Positions 24,101 through 36,100 of a DNA stretch of 64,000 nt are shown piece after piece (position 1 is the first letter of the stretch; every line of letters starts with the position of its first letter). Below the pieces are notes generated by a model. It saw only the letters and a program-made list of their open reading frames with translations. It searched no databases and was not told the origin of the DNA. The stretch covers positions 558,001 to 622,000 of the forward strand of contig JBLDXI010000042.1 in assembly GCA_047495785.1 (NCBI GenBank), written 5' to 3'. Source of the DNA: Lepidodermella squamata. Lineage: Eukaryota > Animalia > Gastrotricha. The position numbers were made by a program, and so were the translations under genes.

Positions 24101-27100
24101 ACAAATCGGCGAATTCTTGGCTCTTGGTTAATCAATTACCGGTCCGACGATGTCATTTGAGATTCAACGATCACTCAACGCATTTTCGAAAATCTCTGGT
24201 ACGAACTACGAGCGATTCCAAGAAAGCTGGCAGCAGTTTATCGCCCTTGCTCGCGCCTGTGGCGCCAAGGACGAGGATCCGGATGCTGTCGGTGGGGTAG
24301 ATTCCGAAGCCTTGATTGCTAGGCGCAAAGTCATCGCAGTCCTGCCCTTGTATCTCACAGGACGACTGCTCGAAGTTTGGCAAGAATCAACAGCAGCCAA
24401 AACTTGCACGAAACTCTCAGCAGCGAAAACCATACTGGAGGAAGGCGCCAACCTTCAACCAGATAAAGCCCTAAGCGAGATGACTTTCATGGCTCGAGCC
24501 CAACAGCCGACCGAATCTGTTCGCGAGTATCTAACAGCCCTCAAGCGACTGCTCTATCAAGCTGGTTATGAGGACAACTCTCCTGACAAGAAGCTGATCT
24601 TCGACGGCAAACTGCTCAACAGGTATGCTTTAGGCCTCAGACCAGAACTTAGGGTAGCTGTTTATCGAGAGGGTGATCCTGCCGATATAGATACTATCAC
24701 CGCCCGTGCAGAGAAGGCAGAGCGAGCAGATAGGTTAAGTAATCTGGGTAATTCAGTGATAGGAGCCATAGGCTCGGCGGAATCAGATTCTGCCGATCGC
24801 CTAATCAACGCGCTAGTTTCGCAGGCTGAGACTGCCAAAGCGCAGAATGAAGCCATCAAGCAGCTAACGGACAGAGTGGGCAAGTTAAGTACAGAGGAGC
24901 AACCTCCTGCTCCTCGTCGTGTCATCACATGTTGGAATTGCAACCGCCCCGGCCATAGGAAGAGGGAATGTAGGCAACCATTAAGATCAACGAGGGGAAG
25001 GACATTTGGGAGAGCGTTTGGATTTAGGAAAACTTGGACCCCACCCAACTCATCCCAAGACCAGGGAAACGAGGAGGGGCAAACCTAAAAGGGGATACGG
25101 TATGCCTGTCAGCAAAATCCCCGAAATCCCACCCGCTTATCCCCAGTGTCAATGGTATTAAGGGACTCATGGTTAAGCTTGTCATTAACGGCAAAACTAT
25201 TCAAGCATTGCTAGATACAGGTGCCGCGAGAAGTTGCCTTAATTGCGATCTAGTACCTAGTTCACCTCAGCTAAGGCCAGCTACTGCAATAGGTCCTGAC
25301 GGGTCAAGTCTGAACGTCAAAGGCCTTGCACAGCTCTCAGGGAAAATGGGAAAACTCACATTCAAGCACGATTTCTTAGCGATAGAGAAGCTTTGCGTAC
25401 CAGCCTTAGTCGGGGCAGACTTCTTAGACATTTACGCGTCAGCGATAGATTGGGAAAAACGGCAGCTAATATTAAGAGACGGCACGCGAATAGCGCTCAG
25501 CAAAGGCCCTTTAGATATTCTAATGAATATCGGGCAGAAATCCGCTATTGCGCCTTACCTGCCACAATCAGGCAGCGACAAAATAGCAAGGCCCTCAACA
25601 TTGCCAGTTACACCATGGGAGCCCGAGGTAGACATAAGTGAACCCACCTTAACGGACAGCCAACGAGCCCAGCTCAGAGCACTCGTAAACGAATTTAGCG
25701 ATATCTTCATGCGTCATAAATATGACGTAGGCTGCTACGATAAATTCAAACATTCCATCAAAACCGATGGGAGTAGGATAAAGCAACCCATGAGGAGATT
25801 TTCCAACGCGGAGAAAATACTGCTTAAGAAAGAGATAGAGCAACTTTATAAGGCTGGCATAATTGCACCCTCCAACTCAGAGCATCGCAACAGCATTCAG
25901 CTCGTGCCTAAGGCCAACAACCAAGTTAGGATAGTATTAGATGCGCGTTACCTAAACAGTAAAACGAAGAAGGAACTCTTTTCAGGACCGAGAGCTGATG
26001 AATGTTTAGAAATGTTAGGAAATGGGGGAAAGTCATTCAAGTATATCACATCGGTAGATGTGGGGCAAGCATTTTATTCACTTAGCCTCACTCCTAACTC
26101 TCAGGACCTGACTTCCTTCGATCTCGGGCCCCATATCGGCACCTGGAAATATACGCGAGTTATAATGGGGGGTACCAACTCATCTTCCATATGGAATCGC
26201 GTAATGCATGCCACATTAGGGGATTTAATCGCCCAAGGCAGCGTTTGCAACTACGCAGACGATGTATGCCTATTTTCGTCCACCTTTGAGGAACATTTAG
26301 CTTTATTGAAGGAGGTATTCAAGCGATTTAGGGAGGCCAAGTTGAAATTCAATGGCGCGAAATGTAAGCTAGCGAAATCAGAGATCGATTTCCTAGGCTT
26401 CACCGTCAATGCTTACGGAGTAACGCCATCGCGAAGCAAAATAGCCGCAATCCTAGATTACCCCAGACCTACTGACATTCACGAGCTTCGTAGCATATAC
26501 GGGGGAGTGTCCTACTATAGGCGCTTCATCGAAGGATTCGCAAGAATCACGGAGCCGCTCACTTCGCTTATGCGAAAATCAACGCAGAAGTTTCAGTGGT
26601 CTGAGGAAGCAGATAGGGCCTTTCAAGCGCTCAAGGAAAAGCTGACGACCAGCCCTGTGTTACGTTACCCTAACTTTTCTGTTCCGTTCCAAATAGAAAG
26701 CGATAGCTCAGATCACGCGATAGGCGGAGTCCTAACTCAAGTTATCGACGAGGAGGAACACCCTATAGCTTACGCCAGCCGAACTTTAACCAAGAGCGAG
26801 CGAAACTTATCCGTAACGGAGAAGGAGTGCCTAGCCTTGGTGGAATGTGTCACCAAATTCTTCAAACCCTACATTCGGACAAGAGAGCAACACGCAATGA
26901 TTAACGACTCACCTGACCTGGGACATGTGACTGTTAAGGTCGATCACAACCCGCTAGTTACGATGCAATCATGTAGGGATGTGGGAGGTAGAGTAAGTCG
27001 ATGGGCGCTTAAACTGAACAACTATGCCCTAAAGATTGTCTACAAACCAGGCAAGAAGCATGGAAACGCCGATTTCATGTCTCGAAAGCCCGATCGACAA

Positions 27101-30100
27101 TTCCCACCTACAAAACGAGGCATCGGACCAAGCATCAACATATGCCTACAGCCCAAAATCACCTTGGAACAACTCCGAGCTGAGCAATTGAAGGACGATT
27201 GGATCAAATCGACCATAGAGAAGGTCAAAACAAACAAACCGGTCGATAGGCGATTCGATATCGAGAACAATGTACTGGTAAGATATCGATGATTTTGCGC
27301 TATAAGGAGCCAATGAAAAAATTCCTATCCAGAGTACTACGCACTATAAATAGTACTACGCACACATGTAGTAAGATATAGCCCATTGTATTCTGTGTGA
27401 AAAAAATATATGTACTGGACAAATAATGACCAACAAATATCTTCGATACTGCGGTCATTCTGAGGTATCTGCGCTGGGAATTCCGAGATAATCATGGAGG
27501 AAACGTTTCAGAAACTCATGGACTGAATCGTTCTTAGACAGCTCGAGTAAAACACAGTTCAAACTCTCAACAATAAGCTTGTTTTAATAATTTTGAAACG
27601 CTTTCAAGTAGTCATATCCATCCAAGTTTCGAGGGCGTAATGTTACGGCGGAGGTTTAGCGTCAATGCTGCAAGCAGTAGGTTTGTCTGCGTCTTCTTCG
27701 TAAGCCATTATGACTGAGCGATAAGCTTCTGGAATGGTGCCTTTGTTGACCATTTCGATGAGATCCTTCTTAAGACTGGATTCGATCGGCAATCGCTTTT
27801 CGTATTTTTGAACAAGTTGGAAAGGAAACAAAATGACGTCTTTGTTGTAGCGCTTGGCGACGAAAGTATGAAAAGCCAAATCGAAAGTTTTCTTGGTTTG
27901 GAGATAATTAGGGTAGTCTTTCTCGTATCTGAACCAACATGGCTCCGACCATTTAACATCATTTTTCTGTTCGTCTTGCAAATACTGAGCGAACTTTGGT
28001 GACTTGTCAAAGCTGAAGAAGCTTGCAAATTGCATTTCAGTTATGCTGTATGGTTTCACTTTCAAGCGGTTTGGTGTTTCCTCGCCGTACACTTCGAGTC
28101 TCAGATCAGCATCAATCGGAGCCTTCCGCGACGCGGCCACGATTTCTCTCCATTCCTTTGAATAGCTGATGTTGACTCGTTTCTTAGCTTCCCTTTCAAT
28201 AGTGGCATGCACGGAATCACATTCCATTTGCGAGTGGCCCGGCTCGAAAAACTTGTGATCGATGACTTTGAGATTACCTTTGGAATTGGACAAGGCTGCG
28301 AATAAAGCGTTGACAATGTACTGAGATTTGTTTTGGCTTCCAGTGCTGTCGCTCCATAGAATCAACTGCTCAACTTCGTCAGGAATCATTTCAGTGATGA
28401 ATTTATAGAGACATGAACCAACTTCATCCGTCCCACGACCCCCTTCTGTTTGATCCCACATGAAACAGTAGACATCTTTTGATGAAGTATCGTAGAAAGT
28501 CAGGTTTGAGGTGTGGAACTTTTTTTTGTACATTATCGAGCAGCAAGGGCTTTCGAGGATTGACTGCATATCAAACTGGATGCACAAGATCAATCCTTTC
28601 GACTGTTTTGCTAGAATTTTGTCAGCATTCTTGGCATCTCTTGCAGCGTCTCTGTTGGATTCGTGGTTCCGTTTCTCCACGATCACTTCATGGGTGAACA
28701 GTTCATCCGGCAAAGTCGCAAATCGTGTGCATTTCTTGCAGGTGTCCTTCTTCGGATGACTGAAAGCGAGATTGGGAAAAGATCTCTTGAATATGGATCG
28801 GTAAGTAGCGTATTTGACGGGTTTCTCATCAGTACGCAGAGCCCAGTTTTGGTGTGCTATGCAGTACATTCTATGCATTTCCTTCAGATTGAGCGCGGAC
28901 CCGAGATATTGCTTGCTAGTTTGACTTCTCGCATAATGACTGTCTAATCGCTCGAAAGAAGTGATGTGCTGATAAACAAATTTGTAAGAATTATCGCTGG
29001 TGGTATTCGGCGGCTTATGGCGACCGCGTTGATCTGGTATGATGTAGAAGCCGTCTTCGACTTTTTTCTCAACAGTTGTGTTTATAAAAGCGCGAGTTTC
29101 ATCGAGCGCCTTCAGAAAGAAAGACCTGCATACTTCGATTGAGTCCCTAGATTGTGAAGGCGAAGGGGTTGCCAAGTAGTTGCCTGGTAAGTAATAATCA
29201 AATCTTCGAGGACCATTCTCTCGTTTCTGTTTATAACTGACGTAACGGTTGATGAATGCTCGTCTAGCGTCGATAGATGCTCGGGACCAGTAAGTGTTAA
29301 AGCATTGTTTGACTGAATTTTCATTGAATTTCAAGGAGCATTTACGCCAGCAACCACACTTGAAGTAAACAGGCTTACGACCGGAATTAAACTTAGCGCT
29401 AACCCCTTTATCTGACTGACGGTAGGGTTTCCCAGAGTTGCGCTTGCGTTTTCTTTCCATCGCTTGTTTGGATGGGCGGTGTCTGGAATCCACTATCCTC
29501 GGAGGAAACTGTTTCAGCCAATGGTCGTTATCAGTCATCAGCTCAAATCGTTGTTAAAAATGAAACGTTGAATGCTTTAGTCCTAAATGACAAGCGTCAT
29601 AAATTAAAATGTCAAGGATAGAAAACAGGGAGTTGTCGAAAGCCGAATTGCCAATCTGAGAATTTCTGTTCTTGACCTAAGGCTGTATGACCTCAGATTT
29701 ACAGCTACCGATGAAGGATTGCCCAACTGAGTAAAGATGGAAGTTAAAGTGGCCAGTAATCGGGAGTTTTAAATATCATAACAAAGCGATAGGTTCACTT
29801 TGTATATTGCTGTGAAAGGTATTTATCAGCCAAAACATAAACCAGAAATTCCAATAAATCGCGTTAGTTTTAACTGCAGCAGAAACTTGGTATGGGGTTA
29901 TCCCAGTCGTATAAAAGCTGACCCTAGCACGTGAGTAGCATGTGATCGAACGGCCTAGGCATCTCAAAATCACCGTGTTCAATCCCAATAACCGCAACAT
30001 CAATCATCCATGCATTGAATGCGGCGTTTATCAAGCTGACAGGAAGGGTTGACAGGAAGCGTGAAACCGCCAAGCAAATCCTCCCTTCTGGAATGGGCCG

Positions 30101-33100
30101 CCATTCACCGGTAATATATGGTAAAGATGTGGCTACTCAGCGGCCAAAGCAATCATGGGAATAGTCGGCTCCTAAGCATTGTGAAGATGGCATGCGTCTG
30201 ATACCAAATGCTAAATTTTAAAAGGCAATGAAGAGTACTTCTGGTTAGATCTAATTAAGAGACTGTTTCGATTGTTCGTAAGGCTTCGACCTTCGACCGT
30301 TAGTAGATTGTAGGATTCACGCACGATCGATAAGTCTATAGTTTCCGTCTAAGTAGCTGTCAAGTTCTAGGTGGAGTTTGAGCCCCAAACCGACAAACTT
30401 GGCTTTCTATCTTTGATCAGAAGTTGTGTTGTGTTTTGGAGGTGGTTGTTTGAGGAAAAGGGCGATAGTTTCAAATTATCCAGGGGCCCAAACCACATTA
30501 TCAGCTTGATAAACGCCACAACAACGAAATAATGGAATATTTTCCTAACAGAGTAGCCAGCAGCCACTTTCAGAATCTCAGCCGAAACAACCTTTCTACC
30601 CAATTTTTGCTGAAACCTCAAAACAGGAGTTTAACTTTGTGGTAAGCTCAGATTTCACTAAACTCCTAAAGAATCTGATAAGAAGCCTCTATCAATCTAT
30701 CGGAGATTCTAATCATTCTAGAAGAAAATTTTGCTGCGATTTAAAATGGACAACTATGGAAATCATTCCTACTCCGTCCCATGAACAGACCAGGTCAGAA
30801 TTACTAAAATCGTGGGTAATTTAAAGCACATGCTTTCAATGTCCTACTTTCAGCAAAAATGATGCGGGAGATCTAAGAAAGAATGATGATAAAAATGAAA
30901 AAACAAGAGAACAAAATGCGCAAATATACCATGTTACTGCGGAAGAATCGATCGCTCTCGTCTGAGTGCATTCTCTTGTGCATGCACCAAAATGCTATTA
31001 GCCCTGTGTATAACCATATACTCGCATATACTCCGCACAGTTTTTATGGGCGTATATCAGAATGCAGCCTATCGGTCTGTTTTAGCGCAAAACCGTCGAT
31101 ATCCGGAAGAATCGAACAAAGAATTGAAGCAATACGTCCTACCGGCTACCTTGAGAAAGATGATTTTACAACATCTTCATGACGAAGTCGGAGGACATCT
31201 GGGAATGGACCGAACGATAGCCAGAATCAAGGAGCAATACTTCTGGCCTGACTTGGAGACCGATGTGGCTGACTACGTCAGGGAATGCATCCCTTGCCAA
31301 CAAAGGAAAGGACCAATCAAACATCCTGTAGCCGAGCTACACCCTATCGAAACATCGAGCTTCGGCGAGCTATATGTATGGGATATTATGGGTCCTGTCC
31401 AGCCATCCGATGGTTATCGATACGTTCTTCTTATCGGAGACCACTTCAGTAAATACTTCCAAGCTTGGCCATTAAGAACAATTACAGCTGAGAAAGTTGT
31501 AGAAAAACTCCTGGAATTCTGCTACATTCACGGTTTCCCGAAACGCATCCTATCAGACAACGGAGCTCAGTTGATCGGGAAACTGGTCAGTGAAGTTGAA
31601 AAACTACTCCAAATTACGCAGGTTCGTACTACAGCATTCAAGCCATCCACCAATGGGTTGTGTGAGAGGCAAAATCTGACAATAGCTAATATGATTGCCA
31701 ACAGCCTGAGTCAGAAGGGCGGAAAATGGCATGAACAACTACAGCCGGTAATGTTTTTCTATAATACATCTCGCCACAGCCAAACTACGTATAGTCCGGC
31801 GTTCTTAGCAACAGGACGACGGATACGGTTACCAGGCGAGATCGTAGCAGACAATGGAGGAAAACCAGTCAGCACAGTTGATTATGCAAACAAGCTCCAT
31901 CGAAATCTCGTTACAGCAAACAAAATCGTAAATGATCGAATGAAACTAGTTCGAGAACGACAGAAAGCGATCTATGATCAGAAAGCAGGAAATTGTGATC
32001 CATTTCCAGAAGGAACCTTGGTATGGCTACACTGCCCGGCATTACCAGCTTCATCGTCAACTCCTAGGAAATTCTGGAGCCCGTGGAGAGGCCCTTACAC
32101 TGTGCTGCAAAGGATAGGAGTCAACTACGAAATCCAACTCTACAATGGATCGCAGAAACCGAAATTCGTTCACCGAAACAGACTGAAACCATTCTATGGC
32201 GATGTGGACAAACTCGCCAAATCAAACCAGGCAGCCCAAGTTAAAGAGCCGGAAGATAATGAAGATTTGGCAGAGAAACAGCGGCGAGACGAGCTGAACA
32301 GTGACAGCCAAAACACGCCGAAACCGGCCCGGCTCATGTTACAGACAAAACCGCAGGCTATGCCTGAGAAGCCAGTGAGGTCTCCCATTCATTCTTACAA
32401 CCTCAGGAGCAATAAGCTGGACTCTCTATGGGACCAAGATCGTTTCGACACGTCTCCAGTGGAGGAACCGCGACCGGAGCCAGAGCCAAATCCGCTTTCA
32501 CCGGTTATTCCCGCGGTACCAAGGCCCTTGGTGCCCATCCCTGTGGATCCTCCAGCAAATCCCATACCAGCAGGCTCGCCAGAACCTGAACCAGATCCTA
32601 TAGCAGACCTAGGATACTTAGGATTAGCCGAGTTGTTCGAGAATGAATCAGACCAAGGGGAGGAACGGCCTGACATTGAAATTCTTCCCTACAGAACTTA
32701 TAGGAATCCGCGAGCACCCTCTGAATCGACTAGGCCAAAACTAGATAGGCCTTCATTTTACCGGAAAACTAACTAACCCAATTTCAGGTATGGTACTATG
32801 ACAATGCTGCTGATACTGACAACAACTATGGTGGAGAGAGTTGGGGCAACTGACAAAACAGAGATATGGATACACAAATTGGTCGCGACAGCAACAAGGG
32901 AAAGCATAATATTTGTAGAAAACGTGGTAGAAGATACAACAACAAGTCCTAGGACACCAACAGCTATTACGAAAATCATGACGTCGACAGCCCGACTGGA
33001 TAAGACGACAACAGAGCAAACGACACCATCGCATGCGAGACGAAAACGACGTCAATTTATTGATACAGAGCTGCTAGAATCATCTGAGATACGGGACAGA

Positions 33101-36100
33101 AAGCGGGCTAGAAGAATGGATCGTAACGCGGTTGACAGTCAAGACGAATCAAGTCTCAGCCCGGCGTCTATCGGCCGTACACGTCTGGCACCAAAACGTA
33201 AATATCACTCACAACAATGTCAACTGCTCAGAGTGATCCCTCTTCATTACGCCAAAGATGACCGTTGTGTCATTTCCGCGTTTTATCTCATCAATTTCTA
33301 CCAGCCTATCATCACCTGCAATGAAGGAAAATTTTACATTTCATCTTCACTTCTTAGAACATGTCGAAGGTCAAACAACACAGTAACATGCCCCTGGAAA
33401 GTCTATGCAGAAAGAATCAAAGTAGAATGGATGCATCCGGAAAATAAAGACCGACAGGACCACTGCATAGTAAGTTCATCATTTTGCGAAATTTTGCCAC
33501 CATGGATTCGATTAGGCAACAACAAATTCTGGTTATCACAAGCAATTCGGATAACGTCAACAAACATTACTTCATATATATCCGCAGCCACTGTCTTAAC
33601 ACTGGCGGCGGGTGCAGACATTTTTTTCATTGACCGACAAATACACATTTATGACCGCAACGACACCTCGACAGCTGCCAATGAAAAGCTGTGGCAACTT
33701 GACGACAGCCTTACAATGGTCCATGCTGTAGACGAGCAGCTATGTTATGGCTCTTATGACACCTACAGCACCAGCAGGTTGATATGGTGGGGAATGGCTT
33801 TCATAGCCATCGTAGCCTTGGCAACACTATTGCTCTTCACAGCAGTGAGATGGCCGGCCAGCAGCAAAATTAGGTGTAAGAATCAGAGAGCCATCAGTAT
33901 GGATGATTTCGAGATCCTTCCATCGGCGAAAAATATTCACGGAGGGAGGGCTGGATTGAAGCCAAAAAGACAAAAGAAGTGCACTCTGACGGCTATATAA
34001 ACGGCGAAATAACAAACAAAATCACACTGACACAAATATTTATTTTCTGCATTTTAAAATTTTTTTTCAAACCATCAACAAGTATCAGCCATGCGGCCGC
34101 CATCTGTATCTGAGGAGGAATCCGTGGCCGAATATCCGCCGCCTCAACCGCCACAACCTAATGCTGAATATGGCCCTGAAAGCAACCCGCCGTCTCCGCC
34201 CATACTGCCAGCCAACGCTCGAGATTTCGTTTATCGAGACGGGTTCCAACGCAACAACACGTGGTTGCACGATGACGGCACCGTTTCACAAGTAACGACT
34301 CGCTTCACTGAGGCGGAAAACGAAGCGCCGTTTTTGTACAGGCGCCTCGCCAACGCCCAGCCAGATGGCCCTCGCGTTACTATGATGCTGCAGGCAGTGC
34401 CATCCTCCTTGAAGCCGGCGTCAGTTCTGCCCGATAGAATGCCGGACGAAGGGGCGCTGCACACGCTCGAGTACCGCACGTGGCGGGTCATCTTTACCGA
34501 ACGCATCATGCGCTTGGTAACGCCGCGTACCAGACTGGAGCAGGTGCTGGGAACGACAGATATCCCGCGGCTGGAATACAACTCGTTGACATTAAATGCG
34601 CGTATTACCCTGCCAGCGCGATTCAATTTGTGGCAGACGCAACCATTTTCGGAACTCGAGGAAATTACTCTGATGAGTAACGATTGGAACTCGGAGTTCT
34701 ATGTTGGAGGCGGAGTTCGACAGGTCCCCTGCAACCGAATGTTGGACCAACACATCTTCTTAGATGACCTGGCTTACATGAGGCAGTTGAATGCGGAGGG
34801 ATATCTCATCAACCCCAGTCTTCCGCACGGCTTCCCCGACCAGCCGATGTAAGCAGACGCGTAAGCCGTTGCCGTTGCCGATGTAAATACTAATTCTATT
34901 TGTAGAGTTTAAAATTACTAACCGTGCTGCACACGTACATAGCACCTTTTTGTCATTATGAATAAACTAAGGGGAAAGGTGTAAAAAGGTGATAAGATGT
35001 GTGTGTGTGTACTCACGTATAATTGGCGACTGGCCAAGGAAGTTGGCAGTCGGCCAAGGGAATAAAATAACGTGGTTGGCAACTGGCCAAGGAGTTTGGC
35101 AGTTGGCCATGGAATGTCGGCATCGAGCCAACACAAGAATTAAACATAAATATACTAAATTCCTTAGATCTATCCGGCCTATATAAGCGCCGTTGAAAAC
35201 GTGCAAGAATCATCATTTTATGCAAATAATAAAACCTTAGATTTATACTCTTGGACTTAGCATTTTCGCGACTTTCTTTTGGTTGCTATTGTATTTCATT
35301 TACAAGAAGTTTTACGAGCCGCATATTAATCCTTCGCGGGAATAATTCAGTAGTACAAGAACTCACGAGAGATATTACTTTTCATTAGTTTACAAAGTTT
35401 CCGTACTACACTTGCTACATGGACTTTGACTTCTCTTAAAGCGTTGCTTGATTTAGAGAAATTATTGAGAATAATAATTTGTGGGGCCCAAAAATAATCG
35501 AAAAATCAAAATAAATTAATTAACCGACAAATTTTATATCGCCGGATAGAGAAAATTCTCAATATGGATAAACTAATTTTTCCAAAATTTTCAAAATTTT
35601 TCCGAAATCAGCAGAAAATCAATAGTATGTTGAAACAAATTAAGAAATTGCCATCAAAATTCTATTGGTGCAGTCGAAGCTGAATAATATTTTACCCCTT
35701 TCAAGCAGTTTTCCCTGTTGCTGAAAGTAGCTGATGAAAATTCCCGGGTTTCAGCCCCAGCCTGGCAGCCAGTTGCCTCGAGGCGACAATCGATGAAGCT
35801 CCCGTTCGATGAGCTGAAGCACCTAACATGCGGCTTCTCGCTGTCCGGAACTTGAACTGTTACCATTCAATTAAACAAGTTCGACATTAAATGATCAAAA
35901 ATAAAAAATAATGGAAAACTCACGCGAAGTTCCCGAGATGCATAGGCCGAGGTTGTCATATGGCCTGCCACTTGATGCGAGCTATAGTGGAAACATAAAG
36001 ATAAACGGAAATTCACACTAATAGTTTCTAACCCAGTTTTCAGGACATGTGTAATTTGCAGGGACACAGGTTTTCACCACTCCGTTGTCCGTGCATCGTT

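Larger units (their letters stand above)
23645..35410 (+). mobile_element. Full-length Ty3/Gypsy LTR retrotransposon with env-like ORF3 and an extra ORF4
   Basis: LTRs 23645-24075 and 34980-35410 (TG...CA, 431 bp, one mismatch); 4-bp TSD CTTG at 23641-23644 and 35411-35414; PBS and PPT present; domain order PR-RT-RH-IN. Confidence 0.97.
23205..35622. mobile_element. CACTG-terminated non-autonomous foldback element (CMC/CACTA-like), split by the LTR retrotransposon; right terminus lost
   Basis: Starts cactgtaacagataggac like 42057. 23535-23640 is the reverse complement of ~35490-35600, i.e. the two arms flank the Gypsy insertion. Confidence 0.7.

Noticed and set aside
32200-32776. Possible chromodomain at the integrase C-terminus
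   Set aside because: The tail is Pro/Glu-rich low complexity with no aromatic-cage pattern.
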